Below are positions 37,757 to 49,429 of a DNA stretch of 64,000 nucleotides, one piece after another. This DNA is from Rhina ancylostomus. Its lineage: Eukaryota. Under the pieces are notes generated by a model that worked only from the letters and a program-made list of their open reading frames with translations, searched no databases and was not told where the DNA came from. The stretch's first letter is position 1; every line of letters starts with the position of its first letter. The stretch spans positions 15,590,099 to 15,654,098 of the forward strand of contig JARFYF010000057.1 of the NCBI GenBank assembly GCA_030265395.1, given 5' to 3'. Position numbers and translations under genes: made by a program.

Positions 37757-39803
37757 CTGGATAGAAGCAGGCAGTATTTCACTGAATACAAAATGTCCCA
37801 GTCTTGATGGCACCAGATCCCTGCATGTTCCCCCTCAGCCAGTGTTGCACGATGCTGGCATATTGTTGCTTGGCTCAACACAAGTGTGCCGTCAAGGTTG
37901 TGTCCACCCTGAGGCAAACTACACTTTCACTCACCCCCTGCCATCCTCCCCCGTGTCCATGCTCTCTCCTAGGCTGCTGCCTCATCACCATCCCAGTTCT
38001 TGGATTGTGTCTCACTCTCCTTCAAGCACGCCCACCAAATCAATCTTCCAGTCCGCATGCCTGACTTAACATATTAACGTGCTTTATATCTGGGGCAGAA
38101 GAGAGGTTTAGTCAATGCCCTTGCCCTCACCTGCTTAGCGTGTCTCCACCAGCTGGAGGCCACAGTCAGAGTTTTTCTATCCGCTCCCACCTCTTTGTGT
38201 TCCAGAACAGAGCTCCAGTTGAGACATTAGTTACCTTTGTGTGTACTATTTACTGCTTGCCCAGTTTGCCAACATGGTGATTATTCTATTAATTATTTGT
38301 GTTGAGTTCTCATGCTCCTCCCACACTTGCACCTGAGTGGTGTCTCTTCCAGTGAGTGAGTTCTATACACACAAATTCCTTAACCTAGTTGCTCTTGATA
38401 GGGACCAGGATCAAGACTCTCCCTGACCCAGTAGGACTGGAAAGGGGCTAAGAGCAGGAAGCCTCCTTAATGCAGTGGGACAGAATAGGGACCAAGAGGG
38501 GGAACACTGGCTGATCTGGTTCTCTCCCATTCCAAGGGCATGGTACATGATTCTGTCCTCAGCAGTGCATCACAGTGATATAACAGTATAATCTTGTAAA
38601 CACTACCACATGAAAATAAGTCATTAATCTTCAGTAAGCACCTTGTTTGTCTGACTAGAGCTTTATATTGAGGATTGTTGATTATTTGATTGTATCTTGT
38701 TTTGTACCAGTGTTATATATCGGACTCTTGTGTTTTGCAAGATTAAATTAAACAAATTGTATTCACATTTACTGGTTCCTCTCTGTTTTAGACCCACTAT
38801 TTTGACTCTGGTTGTAACATAAACCTGGTCCCAAAGGCACCATGTCTGATGGGTGTGGAATTCTCAAATGGCCTCTTAGACAGTGAGTTTGGACAGGATG
38901 TTTGACCTTGATGTGAGGTGACAGCATCCTAACACCACTTTATTTTCTGAGCCAAGTGCAACAGTCCTTGGAGGTCCATCAGGCTACCTGCCTGGGTGTC
39001 ATTGGGTATTCTTGGTGAAATGCAGCAATGCTCTTGGACTTTCCTTGTAGGTCACTGGATCCCCAGCATCCTATGACAGTTGTAGAGTGGAGGATAAAGG
39101 CCAGGATCCTGTGAGTGTTGCCATCACAGGACACTGGTGCTGAAGAGTTTTTACAGTGAATCAGCTGGCAGTTGTCGGCCTGCCACTGAAGAAACTTTGG
39201 TATCAAAGTAGGAATTTTGGAGCCAGAGGAGGCAACTATCACTTGAGTATGTTCTACCATTCAACAAGATCAGAGGCCTAACTCCATTATTCACCTTTGC
39301 ACCAAACCCCTTAGTATCTTTGGTTATCAAAAGTCTGTCGATTAACAATGAACAATTGACCTGGCATCAATTGTCAATTTGTGCAAGAGAGTTTCAAAGT
39401 TCCAATTTCCTTCGTGAGTAGAAATGTTTTCAAAGTTTAGTCCTGAAAGGTCTGGATCTATATTATTTTGACAAAATGCCTTGTTCTGGACTCCCCAAGC
39501 AGAGGAAAGAGAATCTATCCAATCTATCAGTTCATCTTAATATCTTGAAAACTCTGATTAAATCACCAGTTACCTTAAAAATCCATGGAAGAAAACCCTT
39601 GTTTGTGGAATTTCTCCTCACTTTTTAACCCTTGGAGTCCAGGGATCATTCTGATAAATCTGCTTTGCACTTTCTCCTATCAAGTCAGAGAATTCAAAAC
39701 CTTTTCTCACTCCGTAGTTAAAACATTGTAAGGCAGAGATTTTATTCAGGCTGTGTTCCCAGGATGGGTGAAGGTGAATAAGCTTGCAAGAGGAGTCCTG
39801 AAG

Positions 39804-39858
39804 TCAGAGCACTGAGTGAATCAGTTGCTGCTGTCGGTTTGCAGGCACTCGAAGTCGC
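39804..39858 (-). CDS. Candidate terminal coding exon of the orphan repeat-protein gene
   Basis: - strand acceptor ctccctctgcag|, phase-compatible with the donor at 40053, giving (K)RLRVPANRQQQLIHSVL*; - strand AATAAA at 39746-39741. Confidence 0.4.
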
Positions 39859-40053
39859 CTGCAGAGGGAGCTCAGAACTGAGGTCAATTTTTAAATTCAA
39901 AATCGCTTTTATATATTCAACTTAGATATACAGGGCTCCGTTGACTTGCATTCTCAACTTTTCTCTATGAAGCGTCCTGAAATGTTTTCAAAACGTTGAT
40001 GGAATTCTAGACCTTGCAATCATCTTCCCAAGGGAAGTTTGGAGTTGACTTAC

Positions 40054-41026
40054 TTCTGCCGATCCAGCAAGTCATCAAACCACCGTTTTAGATGCACCTT
40101 TCCCCGCCTTACGGATGTCCTGCGGATGTTGCTCCCCCGTAAACGGTGCCCTCTGTGGTGTGATGTCCTGGATTCTGATCTGCCTCTACCCCGAGGCATA
40201 GTTGGTGACTGAGGGATGTCCCTGGTTAGCACTCTAGAAACGTCAGCCATTCCCACTGGGAAATATTGCAAAGTTTGGTTGTGAGGGATGTCCCTGGCTT
40301 GCACCCTAGAAACGTCAGCCATTCCCACCGGGAAGTATTGCAGTGTTTGGTTGTGAGGGATGTCCCTGGCTCGCACCCTAGAAACATCAGCCATTCCCAC
40401 TGGGAAGTTTTGCAATGTTTGGTTGTGAGAGGTGTCCCAGGCATGCACTCTAGAAACGTCAGCCATTCCCACCGGGAAATTTTGGAACGTTTGGTTGTGA
40501 GAGGTGTCCCAGGCATGCACTCTAGAAACGTCAGCCATTCCCACTGGGAAATTTTGGAATGTTTGGTTGTGAGAGGTGTCCCAGNNNNNNNNNNNNNNNN
40601 NNNNNNNNNNNNNNNNNNNNNNNNNNNNNNNNNNNNNNNNNNNNNNNNNNNNNNNNNNNNNNNNNNNNNNNNNNNNNNNNNNNNGGTGTCCCAGGCATGC
40701 ACTCTAGAAACGTCAGCTATTCCCACCTGGAAATTTTGGAATGTTTGGTTGTGGCCATCCAATTTCATCGAAATGTCTCCTACCCAGGAGGCCCTGCGTG
40801 CTCGGATGGAGGGCTGGACCGCGATAAAATCCATGTCATCATCTGAGGGTAATTCGAAGGAGGAGCAGTCCATTTCGTACTTGTAGAGACTGTCTTCATC
40901 ATCCAACCCTAGGCCGAATGAAGCAAGAATCCTGTCCCCAGCCCACTCCCACCAGGCCAAGAACATATTGACAACAAATATTCTCCAGTCTGGGAACAGC
41001 AGTGTTATCAGTTCCAACAAAGCCAT
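40054..41026 (-). CDS. Uncharacterised protein with 24-aa tandem repeats (main exon; candidate orphan gene)
   Basis: Acceptor tttttaaatcag| at 41075/41074; ATG 41026 in agaATGg context; unique N- and C-terminal ORF segments both join the repeat in the same phase (HNQTxQxFPVGMADVSRVxAxDxx); donor GTAAGT at 40053-40048; the 100-N gap is of unknown size. Confidence 0.6.
40211..40753. repeat. 72-bp tandem repeat (at least 6 copies, array interrupted by a 100-N gap)
   Basis: Units start at 40211, 40283, 40355, 40427, 40499 and 40571 (partial); one further unit at 40685-40753. Confidence 0.97.
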
Positions 41027-41599
41027 TCTATGTTTCCTCCACCCATGCAGCTGAGGCACCCTGGTCCATTGCACCTGATTTAAAAACTGAAAAAAATGAA
41101 TTGAAATTACTTGAGCTTGAATGTAGATCGTTTGCTTTAGTCATAATGTTGGTGTGATGTCGTACAAGGCTAAATCATTGCGGGGGAGGGCAGCAGAAAC
41201 TAACATCTCTTGTCGAAAACCTTGAGTCTGTTCAGAAATGTGGGAAACAGAATGTCTGGGTACTCATTTGGAGTTGACAACATCAACATGAAGACAGTGT
41301 CTCCTTAATTCCCTACATGTAATGGAATACTTTACATTTCCTGAGGTGGATTATAAACAAACAGAAGAGTCAACACGGGAAAGCAGGCAACTAACAAATT
41401 CAAAAATCAATTCCAACCTTTACCTTACTCCCAGGCATCTGTTCTATATATAAAATTGCTCTGAAAGGATTTAATTCCAGCCTGTAACTCGCTTCTGGAT
41501 ACCTATTATTCCATATATAAAGTTGCCAAACCACTTAATTAGATTCTATCCTGTAATTCAATCCATGTATCTGTATTTTTAAATAGAAAACAGCAAAGT

Positions 41600-42860
41600 C
41601 CCTTGTGATTTCACCCTGTACCTCCCTGTATTAATCTTCTAAGGATTTGAAGATGATTTGCTTCTACCTCATATCCATAGGTTCATGGGTGGTTAATGTA
41701 GGATGTACAAACTCTGTCACAATTGGAGCAGGAGGTCTTTGATGGTTTGGTTAGGTGGGTGGGTAGTTTGGGAAGTGGTTTGCTCCTTCCAAAGTTTACT
41801 TCTGTGTGCTCCCGTCGAAGAAGCGGCAGGTTCTCGATGCCATACTGAATGCCCTTCTCNNNNACCCTTCTCCATTTTGAGCGGTCATAGACCAAGGATT
41901 TCTATGAATCAGTAGCAATTTTTGAAGGAGGCTTTAAGAGCATCCTCGTCCACTTGGTAATTTCTTGTCAGAGTAGTGTGTGCACCAGGAAATGACTAAG
42001 TGTAATTTGGGAGGCAGTGGTTGAGAGAAGATGCTGACATTGGTTCTCGTATTCTGACGGTGGATTTGGAGGACTTTGCAGAGACCTGCTGTAGGTAGTC
42101 TGTGTCTCAGAAACCAACAGGAGGACAGGGATCACTGCTGCATGGTATGCCGTGAGCTTTGATCTGGGTTTGAAGTCTGGATCTTCCGACACACTTTTGT
42201 TTAGGTGGCCAAAGGTGTGCTAATTTTATAATTAATTCTGGATTTGTTGAGAAGTGGCTCTTGAGATATGAGAAGTGGTTCATTAATTACATTGTCTCTG
42301 TGGACTTTTATTCCTGGAGTAGCTGGATGAATTGATGTGTAGCACAGACCGGTTGGCAGAAATCTATAGTTTTACAGATGTTTAATACAAGGCTTCATTG
42401 AACAAGTTGAAGATCAGTTTCTTTGCACTAACACACTGCAGCTTGATCACTCTGGCCGGGGTGACCATGGCTCTGTAGTGGAGGCATTGGAATTTAGCTC
42501 CACTCTGTAGGAAGTTTGAAGTTGATGTATAGTATTGAGATGGGAAAGCTTGGGAAAAGTGTTGTGATAATTTGGTCTTGCTTNNNNNNNNNNNNNNNNN
42601 NNNNNNNNNNNNNNNCACCAGCTTGGACTGAAATTGGATCGGTATGGCCTTTTGGTTAAGATTGTGGTTAGCAGCCGTAGATTGAGAAGGATGCTTTACA
42701 GTCTCGTTGACACAGCAAGAGGCTTTTGCGAGGACAAAGGCAATCTGTGGTGGTTGAGGCCACACACTGCATTTCTCTTGGAGTTGTTGTTTATTAAAGG
42801 TCATGTTAATTGCTGTTCCACTTGGATGGAATTCACAATGCGTTTCATTGAAGCACACTG
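41600..42860 (-). mobile_element. Degraded RTE/BovB-like LINE fragment
   Basis: - strand AYHAAVIPVLLLVSETQTTYSR and QQLQEKC relics; same family as 4330-5280. Confidence 0.6.
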
Positions 42861-43339
42861 GTTACCAGTAGGGGTGGTTCAGGAGAACGGTTTTCTCTGT
42901 GGAAGACAGCAGGAAGGTCTCTAGTTACTGCGGTTAGATTCGTCTCCTAGCATGTCCTTTCCTTTGAGATTCCATCCTATTACTTCTCTCCCAGGTATCA
43001 ATTATTTGACATATAAAACACGTTTCTGAATCTTCTCTTATTGAGTTGTCATGTACATTTCAGACAATAACTCACTCCTAGATATTTGTTACTGTGTATA
43101 TTAATCATTCAGTTATTAGCTTCCAGTCTGCAATATACTCCCAAGTATCACTTATTGTATTTATAAACCCTCAATTCCCACACCAAATCAAATACTTAGA
43201 TTTAACTCTGTGATCTAATTCTGGGTGTCTGTTATTCCGAGTCTTTCATTTAGATTCAACTAGTTTTTGTTTCTGGATTTTCATCTCTCTGCACCTAACT
43301 ACCTCTGCCCTCCCTTATGGGGTGATAGAGAGAAACACC

Positions 43340-43610
43340 ATGGAGATAGACCCTTCAGTCACCTTGTCCACACCAACATCAACCACCCATTTACACTAAT
43401 CCTACCTAAATCCTACATTCCCATTAACTCCTGCAGATTCTAACAGTCACTGAGGGGCAATTTACAGTGGCCACTTAACCTACATGTATTTTTTGGACTA
43501 TGAGAGGAAACCCACACAATCACAGAGAGAACATTCAATCTCCACACAGACAGCACCCAAGGTCAGGATTGAATCTGGGTCTCTGGCACTGTGAGGCAGC
43601 AACTCTAATG
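43340..43610 (-). mobile_element. tRNA-derived V-SINE/HE1-like SINE
   Basis: Reverse of ..GCTGCCTCACAGTGCCAGAGACCCAGATTCAATCCTGACCTTGGGTGCTGTCTGTGTGGAG.. Confidence 0.65.
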
Positions 43611-44479
43611 GATTAGAACCCACTGATTATAATTTCTGCCTATACTAATTCTTTAAGTACTCTGTAATATAATCTCTCCCCTCCCTTAGTTTACAGACAA
43701 CAACTCACTTCTAGGTATTTGTTGTTCTTTATAATGCCCATTGGATTAGCTTCCAGCCTGTAACCAACTCCTGGATGTCTATCATTCCATATATAAAGCC
43801 ACTGAACCTCTTGATGAGATTATAACCTTAACTTCTATGTATTTATTATTCTATATATGAATCCTTCAAACATTTCATTGCAATTCTAGCCTATAACTCA
43901 TTTCCAGGTGTCTGTCTTTTTTTCTGAATATAACCATGATCCTGGCTATCCAAAGGCCAAGAGTCGACTGCAGCTTCCACCTGAATTATTTTAAATCGAA
44001 CTCCAGCCCCACCTTTCCAATCCCTCCATCAGATTCCAGTCAGTAGATTTGTTAATCTATATTATCTGCCTCTGCTGGATTATGTTTTAAAAGCAAATGG
44101 AACAAAAGAACCCTACAAATGCTGTAAATCTGAAACAAAAACAGAAGATGCTGGAAATACTCAGCAGATTACTCAGCATCTGTGGTAAGGGAAATAGTTG
44201 GCCCTCTATGTTAATACTGTTTGCCATTTACAAGTTTAGCAAGACTAATGGGAAATAGCACGGAAGCAGAACAAATTGTAGGGTCCTTTCAAAGAACCGA
44301 TACAGTCAAATGGCTCTGGTCATTTCCTACAGTTTTGACAAAAGATCATTGATCTGAAACATTTACCCTCTTTCTCTGCCCAATTATTACTGCCGAACTC
44401 GAGCAGTTCTAGCATTTTCAATCTTCATTTCAGTTTCCAGCATCCTCTAGTAATTGCCATTTACATTTCTCACTGTCCA

Positions 44480-45300
44480 GAGTGAAACTACATATCCCAG
44501 AATAAATCACGCGCTTTCAGGAACAGTCACTTCAGACGCTGATGGTTATTGGCTGCCGATATCCGATTCGCTGGGACACAAATGGCTCTATGATTGGTCG
44601 CTTTGCCATCAGTAATCTGATTGGGCAAGTGGCCCTTCTGATTTGATACAGTTGTTATTCTGCCCACTGATTGGCTCTGCGCGGTGGTGGCCTCTGATTG
44701 GACATATTATGATTTGCTACTTCGTTGCTGCGTGCCGATTGGCCGTGGCAGGTCACGGGGCATTGTACCCAGGCAGCGGCCGGACAGCGGCCTCAGCGCG
44801 ACTCCACTGCGGGGCTGAAAGGGCCTTAATTGCGGCCTCCAGCCACTCGACGTCGGGGCTGAAGGGCCTGTCCTGCGGTCTCCCAGCGATTACTATAGCG
44901 GCGCCAAAGCGGCTCCCCGTACCGACACTCTCCATACCCGGATCCGGCCCTGCGGCCTGTCTCTCTTCAGTGGCCGCGACCTCGCGTTCCCCCCCCTCCA
45001 CCCTCCCCGGTGGCGCCGGGCCCCGGGCGGTCATGGCTCACCAGCAGACCAGCAGCTCCCAGAAGGCNNNNNNNNNNNNNNNNNNNNNNNNNCAGGAGGA
45101 GCCTGTCGAGGGTTTCCGCATTACCCTGGTTGATGAATCCGACCTGTATAATTGGGAGGTGGCGATCTTCGGGCCGCCCAACACGCACTACGAGGGTGGC
45201 TACTTCAAAGTAAGGCCGCGGTTGCAAGAAGACTGGGACTCAGATTGGAGAACTGTGTGAACTACAGGGAGCCGGTGGTGGGGGTGAAATGGGGATTTGG
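44480..45300. promoter_or_regulatory. CDC34: CDC34 CpG-island promoter with ZNF143/SBS motif and six inverted CCAAT boxes
   Basis: ACTACATATCCCAGAAT at 44487-44503; ATTGG at 44548, 44593, 44620, 44670, 44697 and 44738. Confidence 0.75.
45033..45209 (+). CDS. CDC34: Ubiquitin-conjugating enzyme E2 R (CDC34) exon 1
   Basis: MAHQQTSSSQKA[gap]QEEPVEGFRITLVDESDLYNWEVAIFGPPNTHYEGGYFK|gtaagg; 177 bp; CDC34 rather than UBE2R2 assigned by synteny with TPGS1 and SHC2. Confidence 0.88.
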
Positions 45301-48300
45301 GGCGATGAGGAGAGAGGGAAGAGCCCGTGGGCGGAAATCTTCTTTGTCACAGTTTATAGACAGCGACTACCCAGTTTATAGGGCTGGGATACTGTCCAGG
45401 TAGTTTAGTTCTGATCCCATCCCAGTGGACTGGGTGGAGATTGTGGGAGTGGTTGGATCGAAGTGCAGCCCCTTGCCGCCCTCGGAAGGAAGTCAAGAAT
45501 GTCCCCTCTTTCTTCCCCCACGAACAGCAGACTTTCCTTGTCGGTTCGTCGGTCCTTGCATGGGAGTGAGTAGGGGGTTGGGTATCAATGGGAGTTCTGC
45601 TCGAGTAGTTGCGGTCCATGANNNNNNNNNNNNNNNNNNNNNNNNNNNGGTAGTCTTCATTCTATGGCTGCTTTTGCTTGGTCACCAGATAGTTACAGGA
45701 ATAATCTTCCTCAATGCCCCATAAATGTGGGAAAGAGGGTTTAAGTAGACATAAAAGACTGCAGATGCTGGAAGTTGAAGGAATGGATCTAGCAGAGGAC
45801 AAATAATTGCAGAGAGAGGAGCTGAGAATGTGGATGGTATAAAACCTGATGTGGCTACAATTCAGTCATCTTGTGTTTTGACTGGTCTGGGTGAACAGCT
45901 CCCTGTTCAGTCAGTGTGAACTGCTCACTGTCAACCACTGGCCATCATTCCAGCTCAGTTTATTGTGATGGTGAGAGACATGCTCATATTTGTGCTCTGG
46001 GGCTTTTGTGTGCGAAATGGCCTATGGATGGATTAGCAATTAACCGTCAACAAGATTGGAAGCAGTCTGAAATGAATTGCTTACTAGTCTATTGGAGTCA
46101 TCAACAGTGACAGGATGGTCATTTGTTGAAATTTTCATGCCTTTTTGTTTTTGCAGTTCTGGACTTCTGCTTTGCACTAAATGTTTCTCATCTTTGTCAC
46201 CTTTATGATTCTGGTTTTGAATGTCCTTGATTTTAATATTGCTACCCATTGGCAATTGTTTCAACTGTTTGAACCCTTTTCCTTAATTGAACCTTGAACC
46301 TTATTTCCTTAAGACTTTGACAAGTCTTTGGTCATCTGATCTGATTTTACTTTAAGTAGTTTGATGTCAAGTTCCAATTGATAATACTGCTGTGGAGATC
46401 CTGGGATGTTTCATTATTCTTCTTGCTGAGCAAATTCATAAATTGAGGTTAGTAAACTGGTAAAAGGAGTTTATCTCAGATATCTCCATTGTGTTTGTAT
46501 CAGGGGCAGCATGTGGTGATATCATCCATTGTTTGATCCTAGTTATCACATTGGAGGAGGAACAGATCGTCCACATTCTATTGTGATCCATTTGGAACCA
46601 CCATCCCCTTTTGAGGCTGGTGAAGCCAAGGCAGACTTGCTTTTGGGTCTTAGAGTTCCTTGTTTTGGACAGTCTTTTCAAGCCAGGCTTCATTCTATTC
46701 TTTGTCTTGTCAATTTCAAGTGACAAGATTGCAGGACCAGACCCCATGTGGTGGGGGGGGGGGGGGGGAAGGGAGATGNNNNNNNNNNNNNNNGCCGATC
46801 TGTTACTGACTTCATTCTGATATAGCATCTGAATGGATGCAAGGATGGGGTGATGTTTTAGTAGCATTGGAATTCACTGATTTTTGGGGTCAACTTCAAT
46901 GTTCTATTGACTGCCTACTCAGCCAAGTAGGCTATCGATGCAAGTTTTTGTTGTCTTGGCTAGCTGAATGTTTAGTCTGGTATTGCCCACTGGCTGAAAG
47001 TTCACCATATCACTTGTGGGATTATTGAAGTGTCAGTGCAGGAAACTTTGCACAATGAAAAATGTAATGGGCCATGGGTAGATTGATGCACTGTAGGCTG
47101 TTGATGCCCTAACACATGTGGAACCAGTGAGGAATACTTGCATTGCTCAGGGAAGCAATTAATATCCATCCTTTTCAGAGGTGGAGGTGCAATGTTGAGA
47201 CCAGTGTGTTCACAGTTGCCATCATCCTGTAGATTTAAGTCCTAGTGTCTTGGCTGGAAGTAAGTGAATATTTGCAAAGTGGGGATGTAAATTGTTCTTT
47301 TCAATTGAGTTGTAGGCAGCTGGCATGGGGGGGGGGGCGGAAGTACAGTAGATTCCACACCCTGGGTTCATATTTGGTTCAGCCAATTTGCATATCGTCA
47401 TTCACAGAAACATCAGTGTAGTACTGATCAACTCGCGTGCAAGTGGCATTGGTCTGGAACACTGGAATGCAATGTCTTGCTGCTCTTCAGCTTGACAGCT
47501 CAGCCTGATTAGTTTCTGGTACCATGCTCCCTCAGTGCTGCCCATACAATAATAATGTGCTTCTACCATTGTGGGCAGTNNNNNNNNNNNNNNNNNNNNN
47601 NNNNNNNNNNNNNNNNNNNNNNNNNNNNNNNNNNNNNNNNNNNNNNNNNNNNNNNNNNNNNNNNNNNNNNNNNNNNNNNNNNNNNNNNNNNNNNNNNNNN
47701 NNNNNNNNNNNNNNNNNNNNNNNNNNNNNNNNNNNNNNNNNNNNNNNNNNNNNNNNNNNNNNNNNNNNNNNNNNNNNNNNNNNNNNNNNNNNNNNNNNNN
47801 NNNNNNNNNNNNNNNNNNNNNNNNNNNNNNNNNNNNNNNNNNNNNNNNNNNNNNNNNNNNNNNNNNNNNNNNNNNNNNNNNNNNNNNNNNNNNNNNNNNN
47901 NNNNNNNNNNNNNNNNNNNNNNNNNNNNNNNNNNNNNNNNNNNNNNNNNNNNNNNNNNNNNNNNNNNNNNNNNNNNNNNNNNNNNNNNNNNNNNNNNNNN
48001 NNNNNNNNNNNNNNNNNTTTCCCACACCTGACCTATAGTCATGCCATTGGCATTTCAAGTGCTCGTTTAAATACTTAAATGTTGTGAGAGTACCTGCCTC
48101 TACCACTCCAACAGGGATTATATCCAGATTTCAGTGACTAGGTGATGAAAAATATTTTTTTCTTCAAACCCTCTCTAAATTTCTTACCTCTTTCCTTAAA
48201 ACAATGACCTCTGGTTGTGGACACCTATGTTAAGGGAAAGAGTTTCATGCTATCCATCTGAATTTTGCATTCCTGGTTCAGGTCACTCTTCCGCCTTCTC

Positions 48301-49020
48301 TGCTTCGAAGGAAACAAACCCAGTCTGTCATTTTTGTTTGTAGCTGACGTGCTCCATTTCAGGCAACACCCTGATGAATTTTTTCTACACCCCCTGTAAC
48401 CAAACTGAACAGAGCATTCAGGCTGTGGCTTAACCAAAATACCAAAATTCATATAGTTGTGCCTAAGCATCCTCCCCTTATAATCTGTACCCCCAGCTAA
48501 TGAAGGCAAGTATCCCCTTTTGCCATCTTAACCACCTTGTCTACCTGTGCTACTGCCTTCGGGGATCTTTAGATGTGTACACCAAGATCTCAATGTACAT
48601 CCTACGGTCCAGCCTTGCATTTTTCAGGTTGAGGATATGTTCACAGGGCAGGGTAAAATAGTGGCCTTCCTGGGAGTGCGGGGTGTGTACTTTGACCCTT
48701 TGGGTGCAGTGTAGAAAATAAATGCAGAGGCTTGAATGATTTGGGAGGGTTTGGGTCGTGGAGACTTATGCTTTGATTGTGAGAGGATTGGGTTTCAGTA
48801 TTGCATCAAATAGTGCTTGGAGTGGAGGGGGATGACCATTATGGTTGGGTTTGAGATCAACTATNNNNNNNNNNNNNNNNNNNNNNNNNNNNNNNNNNNN
48901 NNNNNNNNNNNNNNNNNNNNNNNNNNNNNNNNNNNNNNNNNNNNNNNNNNNNNNNNNNNNNNNNGTTGGGTTTGAGATCAACTATTTAAGGGGTTAATTT
49001 CACTCCCCTTTTTCCAACAG

Positions 49021-49118
49021 AATGGCGATGTGTGCATTTCAATTCTGCATCCACCTGTCGATGACCCCCAGAGTGGAGAACTGCCCTCTGAGAGATGGAA
49101 TCCCACACAGAATGTCAG
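49021..49118 (+). CDS. CDC34: CDC34 exon 3 (catalytic Cys and acidic loop)
   Basis: ttccaacag|NGDVCISILHPPVDDPQSGELPSERWNPTQNV(R)|gtatag; 98 bp. Confidence 0.95.
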
Positions 49119-49256
49119 GTATAGTCTTTTGGGCAGTACAGAGGATATTTTTGAGCTGTATTGTTTGCCTGCTCCTCTATTTTCTGTATACTTGCATGTG
49201 TTCAGGTGTACGTGTCTCTGCCTGCCTGTAACTGTGTTCCTGGTTTACTGATGCAG

Positions 49257-49391
49257 GACAATTCTCCTCAGTGTCATCTCCCTTTTGAATGAGCCGAACA
49301 CCTTTTCTCCTGCTAATGTGGATGCTTCAGTGATGTTCCGGAAATGGCGAGACAGCAAAGGAAAGGATAGAGAATATGCAGAGATTATTAG
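49257..49391 (+). CDS. CDC34: CDC34 exon 4
   Basis: atgcag|[44 protein letters not shown](R)|gtgagt; 135 bp. Confidence 0.95.
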
Positions 49392-49429
49392 GTGAGTGTG
49401 TACTTTAAGTATTGGACTAAAAAGAGAAG

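Noticed and set aside
40211-40753. CRISPR-like array
   Set aside because: Contiguous tandem units without unique spacers, in a eukaryotic genome with no cas genes.
40266-40886. + strand 206-aa ORF through the 72-bp repeat
   Set aside because: Antisense shadow; it lacks splice and polyA context, and the silent-change pattern favours the - strand HNQT frame.
45210-49020. Loss of CDC34 exon 2 (..KFPIDYPYSPP..MWHPNIYE)
   Set aside because: Not found in the called bases, but N gaps at 47580-48017 and 48865-48964 can hold it; the other exons are highly conserved.
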